This document shows, one piece after another, positions 1 through 10,129 of a stretch of 64,000 nt of DNA (positions are counted from its first letter, which is position 1; each line of letters starts with the position of its first letter). The notes beneath the pieces are model-generated. The model was not told where the DNA came from. It saw nothing but the letters and a program-made list of their open reading frames with translations, and did no database searches. This DNA comes from an uncultured Pseudobdellovibrionaceae bacterium (GTDB lineage: Bacteria > Bdellovibrionota > Bdellovibrionia > Bdellovibrionales > UBA1609), in the NCBI GenBank assembly GCA_963803705.1, contig CAWDNU010000003.1, positions 64,001-128,000 on the forward strand, written 5' to 3'. The position numbers and the translations under genes were made by a program.

Positions 1-338
1 TTTAAAACTATATGGGTTCCAGTATTAAAGTACCTTTTAACTAAAAACTCATCATCGATTCTAACAACACAAATATGACCATTTCTTATATTAAGCGACC
101 TATCTACAATCAGAATCGAGTTTTCAAAGATGCCCGCACCTATCATTGAATCCCCCTTTGCTCTCACTAAAAAGGTGCTAGAGGGTTTTTTTATTAATAG
201 ATCATTTAGATCAATCGCAGAGTCTAAATAGTCATCAGCAGGAGACGGGAACCCACACGATACTTGAGATGCCACCACTTTTAAAAGAACAGAGGGCCCT
301 ACTTTCAAATTTGAGAACATAATTGATAGAATCCCCAT
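1..338 (-). CDS. umuD: UmuD/LexA-family S24 peptidase (DNA polymerase V subunit), runs off the window start
   Basis: Bases 1-328 match 19252-19579 (the complete umuD copy); ATG at 338 gives [14 protein letters not shown]...[10 protein letters not shown]. Confidence 0.9.
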   Translation of the reverse strand, partial: MGILSIMFSNLKVGPSVLLKVVASQVSCGFPSPADDYLDSAIDLNDLLIKKPSSTFLVRAKGDSMIGAGIFENSILIVDRSLNIRNGHICVVRIDDEFLVKRYFNTGTHIVL

Positions 339-490
339 ATGTGTAAGTTATATGTAAGTATTTTATATGGGTAGGGAAAAACAAATAATGGTCTTGATTT
401 TGAACATAAGAAGGGAAAAAGATTGTTAGAAACTTGCAAAATGTTATATATATGTTACATTTGTATTATATAGCAACAAGGATTAACTTA

Positions 491-850
491 GTGGCATCAG
501 AAGACACTTTCACAGCATTGGTTCCTACACAGGTCGAAGAGCATGAAGATTACTTAGATTGGGAGGAAAAACTAGAAGGCGGTGCTGTCAAAAAAGTCCA
601 TGCTGCAATTGAGAAAATTGAAATGGTGGGGATTATTACCGGTGCAAAGTCTTTAGGTGACGGATTATTTGAGAAAAAATGGAACAGCGGCTTAAGATTA
701 TATTTCGCCGTTGTGATGGATGGTGACAACAAAACCCTACTAATTTTGGGCAGTAAAAAAGGCAAAGAACAACAGCGTGCAATTAACAAAGCAAAAATAA
801 TTTTAAATAAATATGATGTTTTTAAAGGAAATATAAAAACTAAAAATTGA
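491..850 (+). CDS. Type II TA toxin, RelE/HigB-like 'addiction module killer' protein
   Basis: KSLGDGLFEKKWNSGLRLYFA motif; small basic ORF upstream of an HTH gene; GTG at 491 preferred over the TTG at 434, which overlaps a -35-like TTGCAA. Confidence 0.8.
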   Translation: MASEDTFTALVPTQVEEHEDYLDWEEKLEGGAVKKVHAAIEKIEMVGIITGAKSLGDGLFEKKWNSGLRLYFAVVMDGDNKTLLILGSKKGKEQQRAINKAKIILNKYDVFKGNIKTKN

Positions 851-857
851 GGCGAAT

Positions 858-1184
858 ATGATTCCATCAACACAAAAAGAAAATTTAAAGCAAGACAGAA
901 AAAAAGGATTAAAGGCAAAATTCGGAGATCCAAAATATATTTTGGAGTCCATGGCAGATTTTTTATTGGATGGTGATGTGGCATCAATAACTGATCTTAT
1001 AGCTGCTTACGTTAGTAATTCAAAGAAATACAAAACACAGGAAAGTTTTGCAGAAACTATAGGAACGACAAGACAGACTCTTCACAGAATGCTAGCACAT
1101 AATGAAAATGTTGGAATACAAGTTTTCTTTTCTGCTATTGAACAAATTCATAAGGATTCTTTAAATAACAAAATAATATCGTAG
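858..1184 (+). CDS. Type II TA antitoxin, HTH 'addiction module antidote'
   Basis: QESFAETIGTTRQTLHRML helix-turn-helix; 7 bp downstream of the toxin. Confidence 0.8.
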   Translation: MIPSTQKENLKQDRKKGLKAKFGDPKYILESMADFLLDGDVASITDLIAAYVSNSKKYKTQESFAETIGTTRQTLHRMLAHNENVGIQVFFSAIEQIHKDSLNNKIIS

Positions 1185-1192
1185 AGGGTTAA

Positions 1193-1426
1193 ATGATAAA
1201 GTATATTAACGGAGTTTTAAGACTTAATGAGAATAATAGGTGGTGTGTTATTGACCCAGACACTAGAGAAGGTTTAATTGAGATTACTTCAGGTAATGTG
1301 GTTGAAATTTTTGAAAATAATGAGTGGATTTCTACAAGAATTGAATTCGATGGTTCGGAAAATAAATATTACTCAGTAGCGGGATTAAAATTGGACAAAG
1401 ATATGTCGGCCAGAATGAAAACTTAA
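1193..1426 (+). CDS. DUF5348-like small protein (copy 1)
   Basis: G-x-L...ITSG-x-V-E...W-x-STRIE...YY pattern; paralogue at 11369-11602. Confidence 0.6.
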   Translation: MIKYINGVLRLNENNRWCVIDPDTREGLIEITSGNVVEIFENNEWISTRIEFDGSENKYYSVAGLKLDKDMSARMKT

Positions 1427-1448
1427 GAATAATTGAACTAACAATTAA

Positions 1449-1694
1449 CTAGCTATCGGAATTATTCAAAATTTTATCATCTGAATCTAGTAGGATTTTC
1501 ATAGCTTTTAGGTAGTTTTTCTCAAAGGATTCAGTTAGAGATTTCATAACTATACTAATAACTTGTTCTAAATTTTCTTCAGATTTCATTTTTTCATCAA
1601 TAGCAACTTGGGTACTCCCGTCGTCTGCTATGTAAACTCTAAATAGCTTGTTGTTACAAATTTTAAAATCAAATAAGACTAACCATTTACTCAA
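1449..1694 (-). CDS. Hypothetical protein
   Basis: 81-aa ORF without a recognisable motif. Confidence 0.4.
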   Translation of the reverse strand: MSKWLVLFDFKICNNKLFRVYIADDGSTQVAIDEKMKSEENLEQVISIVMKSLTESFEKNYLKAMKILLDSDDKILNNSDS

Positions 1695-1772
1695 AAAAAC
1701 TATCTACCATTGCCTCCCCTCTTCGGAAGACTTGGGCCAGATAAGATTTGTGATTTAAGACTCTAAAATAAT

Positions 1773-2492
1773 TTAGGACATTAAATTGTTAAATGGAACA
1801 AGGAGAGCTGCAGGGAGTTTACCGTCAGGACATACACCTGGCGAATTTACATTTACTGACTGAATTAAAATCTCATTTGTTTCTCTAACTTTTATTATAG
1901 TAAACACACTAGGAGTGTATCTGTTAAATTCAAAATTAAAATTCCCTTCACCTAAATTATCAATACTATCAATATTAGAAGTTCGAAAACCAATTTCTGG
2001 GTATCTGTCTGGGTTTTCTTCTGAGGGATATAATGTTTGATTCATAACACCCTGGTCACCATTAAAAGAATAATTATTAACTACAGATTGATTTGTAACG
2101 CCATCAAGATGTCTTGTGTTCCTAAACATATCAACTGTGAGCGCGCGTCCATTGCAATGAAATACTGTTTTCCAACTTTGCTCTTGTAATTTTGATTTCA
2201 AGGTTTCTAAATCCATATCTCGAACAACTTCAAAAGTAAGTCTTTCAGGCAAATGGTCTCTTACAGCATGTGGCTTGATCGGATAAAAAAACTCTTCTGC
2301 AGTGAAATTATATCTGGTTTGATTTTTTGGCCCTCCGCCTATACCAGGCAAAGTAATTACATTATTTGTTGGCTCAGATTCCGCTGTCTCATTTTGAGCC
2401 AATGTTAAGTTTGACCCAAATAAAGCGCTTGTGAAAAAACAGCAAATGAGAACATTTTTTACGACACTTGAATAATCTATAAACACTGACAT
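1773..2492 (-). CDS. Secreted hypothetical protein
   Basis: Signal-peptide-like N-terminus (..NLTLAQ), AAGGA RBS, upstream sigma54 box. Confidence 0.7.
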   Translation of the reverse strand: MSVFIDYSSVVKNVLICCFFTSALFGSNLTLAQNETAESEPTNNVITLPGIGGGPKNQTRYNFTAEEFFYPIKPHAVRDHLPERLTFEVVRDMDLETLKSKLQEQSWKTVFHCNGRALTVDMFRNTRHLDGVTNQSVVNNYSFNGDQGVMNQTLYPSEENPDRYPEIGFRTSNIDSIDNLGEGNFNFEFNRYTPSVFTIIKVRETNEILIQSVNVNSPGVCPDGKLPAALLVPFNNLMS

Positions 2493-2530
2493 AAGTTATA
2501 TCCTTTTTTTAAAATATTTGAATTAAACAT

Positions 2531-2546
2531 TGCACTTATGGTGCCA
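2531..2546 (-). promoter_or_regulatory. Sigma54 -24/-12 promoter element
   Basis: Minus strand TGGCACCATAAGTGCA (GG-N10-GC), about 40 bp upstream of the ATG at 2492. Confidence 0.6.
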
Positions 2547-2582
2547 GTTAACATTTAATAAAATAGGATAATAGATCCACCC

Positions 2583-2610
2583 ATTTAGCATAATGTATTT
2601 TAAGCCAAAG
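2583..2610 (-). other. dif-like XerC/XerD recombination site (degenerate)
   Basis: Minus strand CTTTGGCTTAA-AATACA-TTATGCTAAAT; XerD arm has one mismatch to TTATGTTAAAT. Confidence 0.45.
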
Positions 2611-2692
2611 ACCTAAATTTTATAAAATTTTAACTTCTATACCGCCGCAATCTAAATGCCTTAAATAAAATAGAATCATCTTGCTGTTAAAT

Positions 2693-3358
2693 TTAAGTTT
2701 TTAGCTCCCTAACTAAGGAGTGTTTGAAATCATGATTTTCATGATTATTTGCTAGAAACCCGTATGCCTTTTTTTCGCTTGTGAGACCTTCAAGCCAAGT
2801 CCTTGAATTTTCTGTGTTTAAAAAAATGGGCATGCGGTCATGACCAACCTTTTTAATATATGAAGTGGGGTCGGTGGTAAGGATTGCAAAAGAATTTAGA
2901 GTTTCTGTATCCCCTTTCCACTGTGAATAAATTCCTGCGGCATATAAAGTTATACCTTTTTCTTCAGAAAAATTAACTTCGTGGCCCTTAGCTGAACCTT
3001 CTCTACAGCTTTCAAAAAAGCTTGCTATTGGGACTACACAGTTGTGCGAATTAAATGAATCGCGCCATGTTGGAACTTCATAAATCTTTTCAAACTTTCC
3101 GTTTTTTGGATTTGTCCTATTTAACCTGGCGTTGTAGGTGCTCCATTTCACTTTCTTGGTCTTAGCCCACTGGGGTGTAAGTGAAAAGGTCATATGATCT
3201 AGTTTAGCTATATTTCCATTTTTTCGTAGAACCACAGATTCTTCATGTGGAAAAACTCTGTTTTGATACTTACAAAGTATATTTTCGTCTGAATCCTGAA
3301 GCTCGAAATCGCTTTTTAACTTTCGCCAATCCTGAGCCACCATTATTGAGTAACACAT
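2693..3358 (-). CDS. SOS response-associated peptidase (SRAP/YedK/HMCES family)
   Basis: N-terminal MC, YNAR, FFE and HDRMP motifs. Confidence 0.9.
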   Translation of the reverse strand: MCYSIMVAQDWRKLKSDFELQDSDENILCKYQNRVFPHEESVVLRKNGNIAKLDHMTFSLTPQWAKTKKVKWSTYNARLNRTNPKNGKFEKIYEVPTWRDSFNSHNCVVPIASFFESCREGSAKGHEVNFSEEKGITLYAAGIYSQWKGDTETLNSFAILTTDPTSYIKKVGHDRMPIFLNTENSRTWLEGLTSEKKAYGFLANNHENHDFKHSLVRELKT

Positions 3359-3558
3359 TGTCTAACCTCGAATTTGAGACTTATTTGAAATCTAACACTA
3401 CTACCTAACAAGTAGCTGATCCTTAAATAAATCAGAATATCATCAAAAAAATAGAACTTCGTTTTCAAATAGATAATGCTCTTTTTAAAATCCTTTACTT
3501 AGCTTTTTAGGGCATCCATATACAAAATAATTTACAGAGCCGAATTAAAGCAAAAACC

Positions 3559-4053
3559 TTACACAGCTCTTGCTAAATAAGAGTTGGATTTTCTACTAAT
3601 AAAAATTCTATCATAGCTCAAAGCTTCTGATTCGTGAGCAAGAACATCGATCACATCACTATAGTCATCGTCATTTCTAATAGCAGCAATAGCCAAACGA
3701 ACTTTTAAATCAAGCTTTTCATTTACAGGAGATTCTTTACCTTCAGCGCGATATAGTGTTTCGGGTTCGATGCGTATAATAGCCGAAAACTTTTTAGCGC
3801 TATAGCCTTTATGTGTTCGAAGAAACCTAATCTCTTTACCAGTTAAAGATTCATCTTTTTTCAACAAGGTCTTAGCAATAACTTGATTAATTTTTTCTAA
3901 ATCACCGTATTGGGTATATTCTTCGCCGCAATTATCACAAGTATGTACGGTTGCGCCTTCAATAGTAATATTGTCTAATCCACTCAGAGAATACTTAATA
4001 TTTCTCTTTTCTGATTTTAGAGCTTTTTTACTGTCGCATACTGAACATTTCAT
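3559..4053 (-). CDS. MqsA-like antitoxin (YgiT-type Zn finger + XRE HTH)
   Basis: MKCSVC...CDNCGE zinc ribbon followed by LTGKEIRFLR HTH. Confidence 0.85.
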   Translation of the reverse strand: MKCSVCDSKKALKSEKRNIKYSLSGLDNITIEGATVHTCDNCGEEYTQYGDLEKINQVIAKTLLKKDESLTGKEIRFLRTHKGYSAKKFSAIIRIEPETLYRAEGKESPVNEKLDLKVRLAIAAIRNDDDYSDVIDVLAHESEALSYDRIFISRKSNSYLARAV

Positions 4054-4364
4054 TTTCTACTTCCTTTTTTTCTAATCACTGTAATGGCTATAATGTTTTT
4101 ATTAATATTGCATTCGAGTCTAAATTTGCTTGTTTCAATTCTGTAAACCCACCTATGACTCTTTTCATGTAATTCAGACCCAGTGCATTTCCCCAACTTA
4201 ATTATGTTAATTACATCGTTTAAAACGATATCTCTTTCAAGCATTCTAATTTCACAGTGCTTACTAATGATCAGACAACTACTGTTTTTTAAATATAGCG
4301 ATTTTATAATTTTCGTTGCTTCATTATTATTAAGTCTTTTATCGGATAAAACCAAAGATGACAT
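4050..4364 (-). CDS. DUF4258-family toxin (RelE-like fold), partner of the MqsA-like antitoxin
   Basis: ISKHCEIRMLERDI...DVINII...G...ITVIR pattern; ATGA overlap with the antitoxin. Confidence 0.8.
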   Translation of the reverse strand: MSSLVLSDKRLNNNEATKIIKSLYLKNSSCLIISKHCEIRMLERDIVLNDVINIIKLGKCTGSELHEKSHRWVYRIETSKFRLECNINKNIIAITVIRKKGSRK

Positions 4365-4370
4365 AAATAC

Positions 4371-4410
4371 ATTATATGATAAAATGTCATATTGTCAAAT
4401 ATTCTTGACA
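4371..4410 (-). promoter_or_regulatory. Sigma70 promoter and palindromic operator of the DUF4258/MqsA operon
   Basis: Minus-strand TTGACA (4393-4398) and TATAAT (4371-4376) flanking ATATGA-N7-TCATAT; also TGTCAA-N6-TTGACA. Confidence 0.6.
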
Positions 4411-4877
4411 CTTTAAACATAATCTCAATTTTGAGCCGATCCCTCGCTCTCAAAATAAGTCCCATTCTTGATGCCCCCTCTTGATTTAAGAACCAAATCG
4501 AATCAGATGAATACGTCTCTGTGGTCAGTTTTCCTTGGGAATTAACCGATGACAGAATCGCTTGGTAAGGACAAAAATACGCTCTATTTGTCTTTCCCAG
4601 GGTAAATTGACCTAGTTGGTCCCAAGTGATTCTGACAGCTTATCGGCGCCATAACCATATTATTTTAATACGAAATAAGAAAATTAAGGGCCTTGATTAG
4701 AAAGCTAGGTTTTATGAGTGACATTTTACGGCCTTAAGAATAGATGCTTAGTCAGGTTTAATGCGCTCAAATATGAATTAATACATTAATGGCATTCCTA
4801 AAATGAGTTCATTTATTGCAGAGATATAGTAGATATTGTTTTTTCAGTAATTATAATTAAAAGCGATCGAAGGGGAA

Positions 4878-5888
4878 ATGATGATTTCAAGAACAAAGAT
4901 AGCTGTTGCGTTCTTCTGTTTAATCAAAAGTAGCTTGTGTTTTTCATTCGAGTTTACAGAAGAGTATTTAGAAAGGGCTTTATCTGCATCTCAGCTAGAA
5001 CTAATGAAATCTATACCAAACACTGAGCTCATAAATCGCGATGAAATAAGCTTTGAATCGAGTACAGGCAGTGTATCCGCGTCAGTGATTCTTTTAAAAT
5101 ACTCAGCTCAAAATGAATATTTAGGCTATTGTTCTGCAGCTTTAATCTCTTCTAGACATGTATTAACAGCTAAACATTGCATGACAAACGCTGTAAATGA
5201 AAAAGTCTTTGTAGTTGATGACTCATACTTAAAGGGCAACCAAAATTCTCAAATGGCAAAAGTTATTGGTGTTACAGACAAATGTCAGCATCCTCAGTGG
5301 TGGTGCAGCCAGGGAAATAATTTATTGATAAGATCACAAATTAACAGGTTTCTAGAAACAGATTTCAGTGGAGAAGACGTTGTAATACTACACCTAGATC
5401 TTGAAATTACTTCTTCTGATGGATATTTTAAGCTTCCTGATGAAAATACCACCTTTGAAGGCATTAAGCTTTCTATGGCCGGTCTTCCAAGTTACGCTAT
5501 AAACCTTCAAGGGAATTGGGATGTCAAATATGTGAGCCAACCGGTCTGCGACCTCGTTTCAACAACCGATGACGTGCTAATCACTAACTGTATTCCTGCT
5601 GGTGGACTCTCAGGAAGTCCTATTTTTTACAGGGATGGGTCCGATTTGGTTCTACTGGGGATAATCTCTTCACATATTCAAATTGAATCTTCTACACACC
5701 CAGGGGTATCTCTTAATGGAACGCGAGCAGCTGCCGTTTACAAAATTGATTTTATTAAAGATTTTATCGAAGCACCTTCACCGCCGGTTTGCAATTACCC
5801 TGCGAGTCTATGCCCATTTGAAGATCACTCCTACTGTAGCGAGCAAATAGAAGATTACAGAACTAGGAATTGCCCACAGTCTAAATAA
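4878..5888 (+). CDS. Secreted trypsin-like serine protease
   Basis: Signal peptide; LTAKHC (His), EDVVIL (Asp), GGLSGSP (Ser); Cys-rich tail. Confidence 0.85.
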   Translation: MMISRTKIAVAFFCLIKSSLCFSFEFTEEYLERALSASQLELMKSIPNTELINRDEISFESSTGSVSASVILLKYSAQNEYLGYCSAALISSRHVLTAKHCMTNAVNEKVFVVDDSYLKGNQNSQMAKVIGVTDKCQHPQWWCSQGNNLLIRSQINRFLETDFSGEDVVILHLDLEITSSDGYFKLPDENTTFEGIKLSMAGLPSYAINLQGNWDVKYVSQPVCDLVSTTDDVLITNCIPAGGLSGSPIFYRDGSDLVLLGIISSHIQIESSTHPGVSLNGTRAAAVYKIDFIKDFIEAPSPPVCNYPASLCPFEDHSYCSEQIEDYRTRNCPQSK

Positions 5889-5903
5889 TTCTAGGTAAAA
5901 CCC

Positions 5904-5994
5904 CTAGTGATTAATGAAAAAATTTTTAAATTCAATGAGCCTTTCTGCGAAAAAGGGCTTTCTATTTTTTGATGATTAAGTCTGTGATATAAAA
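5904..5994 (+). repeat. ~90-bp dispersed non-coding repeat, copy A
   Basis: CTAGTGATTAATGAAA...AATGAGCCTTTCT-GCGA-AAAAGGGCTT...AAGTCT; aligns without gaps to 17492-17582 and to the reverse complement of 21079-21169. Confidence 0.85.
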
Positions 5995-6186
5995 AGAAAG
6001 ATGAATAAAACCTACATATGAAACATAACTGTGGGATCTCTAGTTTTTAATCGGCCTGGTCGATAAAAATACTCTCCTTGAAGAGGTTTTCTAAACTTTA
6101 AACTTTTTAAATGCAAACTTAAATTTAAATATTAGTTGGATTTCAGCATTTATTACTTACCAACCCAAAAAAACACCTCTGAAAGT

Positions 6187-6492
6187 TTATGCAAATTTTT
6201 GTGCTAGCTTTTCAATTTTCCTAATTTCAGCTGTTTTATCCCAATTACCATTAGGAAATAATATATCACTAGGGTGAACACCTAGAGCCGCAGCTAGCAA
6301 ACCAGCTCGTCTAATACCTAAATCTATCTTATCATTTTCTATAGACGATAAATGAGTAATAGATATTGAAGTTAACTCTTCTACATCTTTAAGAGTGAAG
6401 CCCCTTGCTTTTCTAAATGCTTTAATCATTTGACCCACACTATAGGGCTTACTATCTATATCGAGTAAAACATCTGACATTTTTTTTCCCAT
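6187..6492 (-). CDS. XRE-family HTH antitoxin (HigA-like)
   Basis: IKAFRKARGFTLKDVEELTSISITHLSSIEND HTH; 2 bp downstream of the toxin. Confidence 0.85.
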   Translation of the reverse strand: MGKKMSDVLLDIDSKPYSVGQMIKAFRKARGFTLKDVEELTSISITHLSSIENDKIDLGIRRAGLLAAALGVHPSDILFPNGNWDKTAEIRKIEKLAQKFA

Positions 6493-6494
6493 AC

Positions 6495-6809
6495 CTACCT
6501 CTTATAATTATGATCTGTAGTAATTTTGACTACAGAAACTATTAGTTTTTGATCGACAATTTTATAAATAATTCTTCCCACTTTACTAAAGCTTGAAGAC
6601 CTGTGCCCGGACCAATCATCATAGAGAGCATGGTCATGCCAAAAACTACTTTCAAATAAAGCATCAGGTCCCCTGGTTTCAATGATTTCTATCCATTTCA
6701 AAATAATTTTATTATCGTCCCTAGTAAGTAATCCTTCTTTAATAAGTCTGCGATATGTTTTTTCTACATCAGCATTTTCAAATTCAACTACCCAGTTCAT
6801 TTTACTCAA
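6495..6809 (-). CDS. RelE/YafQ-like mRNA interferase toxin
   Basis: WHDHALYDDWSGHRSSSF...GRIIY...HNY motif. Confidence 0.8.
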   Translation of the reverse strand: MSKMNWVVEFENADVEKTYRRLIKEGLLTRDDNKIILKWIEIIETRGPDALFESSFWHDHALYDDWSGHRSSSFSKVGRIIYKIVDQKLIVSVVKITTDHNYKR

Positions 6810-6826
6810 AGCTGAAATCCTTATAT

Positions 6827-6862
6827 GTTACTAATTATAGTAACTTACTTTAAATAGTAAGT
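6827..6862. promoter_or_regulatory. Tandem palindromic operators of the 6187-6809 TA operon
   Basis: Two adjacent TTACT-N6-AGTAA palindromes (6828-6843, 6845-6860) just upstream of the toxin. Confidence 0.6.
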
Positions 6863-7077
6863 AAAGTAAATTTTTGCTTTTCTTGCAAATCAAGGAACAA
6901 TGATGGTTCTAATGAATAGTATAAACTCCACACAATTCGTTCTATTTTGGGGCGTAAAAAACCATGCTACCACGAACAAAAAATATACGTATTATTATGA
7001 AATAGTTGTAAAAATTCTAGTTATTTCAAATATTTTTGAAGTAGTAATTCAGGCACATTTATTGTAAGTATGTTCTT

Positions 7078-8064
7078 ATGAATTTTATTATCATGATCTC
7101 AATATTGGTTTTAGCTCAAATGTCACAAGCGATGTCTGCTGGAGTGAAATCTACAGAGGCTGGTATTTGCTCTGGCTGTTTTGATGCTAGACCAGCGGTA
7201 AGACAAATAAGTAGGCTTCCTGCACTTAATCAAGATGTTGAAAAAATTTATACTGCCTCCTACTTTTCCGACAATGGGGACCGGGAAGCATTAGCTAGGT
7301 TAAGAGCTAAAAACCCCAGTGAACTTACAATGGAAGAAAAAGCAATCTTACAAGCTGCAAATAGAGTAGGATTTGTTAGTTTACCTGGCTGTAAATCAGG
7401 AAGTAATGCGGTTTTAGTTAATATTAATGGTAGAGACGCAATTGTAACTTCAGGTCATTTAGTGATTGATAATAAATTTGGATTACCTAAGTGTTCAGCA
7501 GAAGAAAAGGCTTACTATTATCCGAATGCTAGTTACTATTCATCAGCAGATAAAAACAACCCGATGCTTATGCAGAAAATTTTATTGGAACCAAATCCAA
7601 TTAATTTTGAAAATCATGCTAGTTACAAAACCAAGACTGATAAAGATTTTTTAATCTATTATTTAACTGAAAACATTTCAGACAAGTCCATGCCAGCAGG
7701 AACATATCTGGCTGGTCAAAACAGGGGATCTATACCTTTTTCAACTCAAAGAGAAAGAACTGGAACAGCTTACATAATTGGGTTTGATAATAGATATGAC
7801 AAAGAGTACGGAAGACAAATGAGCTATCAAGCATGTCAGTATGAACAATCGACAAGAAGACTTGGTTACTTTTATCATACTTGCGATACTACTTACGGTT
7901 CTAGCGGATCTCTAATGGGGACAATTGAGAGTGGTGAAATAACATTACAAGCTATAAACAGTGATAGTTCAGAAGATCACGATAAGCCTGTGCCAAAAGA
8001 AAGTATATCTTGGAACGGTAGCACCTCAAGCGATCCAATACTTAGATCAATTCCACAAAACTAA
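7078..8064 (+). CDS. Secreted trypsin-like serine protease
   Basis: Signal peptide; VTSGH, KDFLIY, HTCDTTYGSSGS motifs; sigma54-like AGGCACATTTATTGTA at 7051-7066. Confidence 0.8.
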   Translation: MNFIIMISILVLAQMSQAMSAGVKSTEAGICSGCFDARPAVRQISRLPALNQDVEKIYTASYFSDNGDREALARLRAKNPSELTMEEKAILQAANRVGFVSLPGCKSGSNAVLVNINGRDAIVTSGHLVIDNKFGLPKCSAEEKAYYYPNASYYSSADKNNPMLMQKILLEPNPINFENHASYKTKTDKDFLIYYLTENISDKSMPAGTYLAGQNRGSIPFSTQRERTGTAYIIGFDNRYDKEYGRQMSYQACQYEQSTRRLGYFYHTCDTTYGSSGSLMGTIESGEITLQAINSDSSEDHDKPVPKESISWNGSTSSDPILRSIPQN

Positions 8065-8162
8065 TTTGAAACAATGTATTAAATGTTTCTTAAATTTCCC
8101 ATTATCAAACGAAAATCGATCTAAACCTAGCCTCAAAGCTGAGATTCTGCCGATAAGCTTTT

Positions 8163-9962
8163 ATGAATTTTTTAGCTATTTCTTTCACTCTTTTAATAGG
8201 CTTTAATGCTTATTCCAATGATGCCCCAATTGAAGCTGTATCAGAATGTAGAACGCACCACATAGAAAACAATTGCGAAGAAAATGAAGATGTAGCAAAA
8301 GCAAAGGCCATCGGCTCTGTTAAAACTGAATTTGATCAGTTAGCGAATGCTAAGGAATTAGCAGTTTCAAATTCTTGTGATGCAATATTAAATCAAGTCT
8401 TAATTGACTGTGATTCAAGTGTTTTTTCTGAGCGGCAAAAAAATATCGATGACCTTGTTGGTTCTTTTTCTGCCTTAGAACAGAAGAAAAATGATATCTA
8501 CAGATCAAGGGCGCCTGATTCAGAGTCTAGAACTAAGTCTGTTGTAGAAATTATATCAGAACTCAAATCTTTAAGTGTAACATTAGGTGATCTGTCAGAT
8601 GAAATGGATAACTTAAAAAGTATTTGTGACAAGCAACGTGATCAAGTAAAGCAAGATTGTTCAAGACCTACTGTTAAAGCCACTGAAATTAATAACAAAT
8701 TAGTTTCTGAAGGTGACGCTATAGCACAGGCACGAATCGCAAATGACATTGTACTTAAGGTTGGCAATATTTCGCAGGGTGGCATGGATAAAGTTGATCG
8801 AACTCAAAAAGAAACAACTGAAGTTTATAGAACTGCTTCAGATATCACAAACACAGCCATAGGTAGATCGGAAAATTATCAGTACCAAATAAGAGAAACG
8901 ATAAGAAGTCTTAACGGTTTAGTAACAGACAACAATGACGATTGTGATGCTTCAGCCATGGGCGGCTGTGAAGAAGGACTAGAAATAAAACAGGAACCAG
9001 AGCCTGAGATTGAAGTAGTTGAAACTTGCACTGACCCTAATGGATGCACTGGTGAAAAACCTGAAATCGAAACTGAAACTACCCATGTAGCTGCGAGTTC
9101 AAGTGCAGGGCAAAAAACTACAGAAGGGCTATCAGGTGAAGAGTTAATTTCTGATGCAAATTCAAAAGCATATGGGACAACGACTAATGCTTCTGCTGAT
9201 AGAAATAGTTCTCAAGAAACTTCAGGTAATGGATTTGCTGGAGGAATAAACTCAGCAGCAGGTGGTTTAGGTGGCCTTGGTTCAATCTTTGGCAAAACCG
9301 GCGGTGGCTTTGGACAAGAGGGTTATAGCAACCCATCAAATCCAAGATATCAAGGTTCGAATTATTCTAATTACAATAGTCCAAATCAAAATCAAGCTTC
9401 TCAAAACTTTAAGCCCAACTATGATAATAACAGATTAAAAAACCCTAGCTCCAATTCTCAAAACACCCCCAATTTTGGTGGTGGCAACTATGCAAATAGC
9501 GCCAACCGGTCAGCACCAGTTGGTGGCGGACAAGGTGCAGGTGGTCTTCAGGGATCAAGCGCTCCGACATCTAAAAGCAGTAGTCGTAAACCAGGACTAC
9601 TCAGCCGGTTGTTTGGTAAGAAAAAAGATAAGACCCTTTTTGGAAAAACTGACAGTTCTGCTCGCGGTGGTAGTTTTAAATCCAGGTCAAACAGATCTAG
9701 CAGCAGAACTAATTCAAACCTTAATAGTGAAAATCAGTTTAACCCTAGTAACTCTTCACAAAGAAGATTTGATGCAAGTAAATACGAGCCTTCTAAAGCG
9801 GCCTCTGCACGAGCTTACGCAAGAGCTACAGGTAGAAAAATTGCTTCACAAGCTCCACAACCTGAGATCTTTGTATGGCCAGATGATATTAGTAAAAATA
9901 GAAATGCCAATATGTTTTCAAAAGTCCGAATTTCTCACAAGGTTCATGTAAGCCCTAGATAA
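8163..9962 (+). CDS. Secreted hypothetical protein with Cys-containing helical N-terminus and Gly/Ser/Asn low-complexity C-terminus
   Basis: Signal peptide, 599-aa ORF; sigma28-like GCCGATAA at 8149-8156. Confidence 0.75.
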   Translation: MNFLAISFTLLIGFNAYSNDAPIEAVSECRTHHIENNCEENEDVAKAKAIGSVKTEFDQLANAKELAVSNSCDAILNQVLIDCDSSVFSERQKNIDDLVGSFSALEQKKNDIYRSRAPDSESRTKSVVEIISELKSLSVTLGDLSDEMDNLKSICDKQRDQVKQDCSRPTVKATEINNKLVSEGDAIAQARIANDIVLKVGNISQGGMDKVDRTQKETTEVYRTASDITNTAIGRSENYQYQIRETIRSLNGLVTDNNDDCDASAMGGCEEGLEIKQEPEPEIEVVETCTDPNGCTGEKPEIETETTHVAASSSAGQKTTEGLSGEELISDANSKAYGTTTNASADRNSSQETSGNGFAGGINSAAGGLGGLGSIFGKTGGGFGQEGYSNPSNPRYQGSNYSNYNSPNQNQASQNFKPNYDNNRLKNPSSNSQNTPNFGGGNYANSANRSAPVGGGQGAGGLQGSSAPTSKSSSRKPGLLSRLFGKKKDKTLFGKTDSSARGGSFKSRSNRSSSRTNSNLNSENQFNPSNSSQRRFDASKYEPSKAASARAYARATGRKIASQAPQPEIFVWPDDISKNRNANMFSKVRISHKVHVSPR

Positions 9963-10129
9963 ATTCTTTAGATTATTGTTTAATGTTCAGCTCTGCCATG
10001 ACCACCTTAGCTTAACCTTAAAAGGCAGTTCTGGCTTAGATATTGCCTATTTTAGTGTGTAAAATTTGAACGTTGGCTGAACATCATTCTATCCGCATTA
10101 AGCATCACAATATTTGTTAGCTGCTAGCT

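Noticed and set aside
550..987. Antisense and alternate-frame ORFs (also 4183, 7466, 9475, 14936, 23503, 28450, 46223, 49331, 52588, 57269 and similar)
   Set aside because: Overlap well-supported genes and show no motifs; treated as shadow ORFs
4412..4439. dif-like site TTTAAACATAA-TCTCAA-TTTTGAGCCGA
   Set aside because: Second arm is poor and the sequence is better explained by the recurring CTCAA/TTGAG palindrome
5904..5994. The 90-bp repeat as a small peptide gene
   Set aside because: No shared start codon and stop positions differ between the copies
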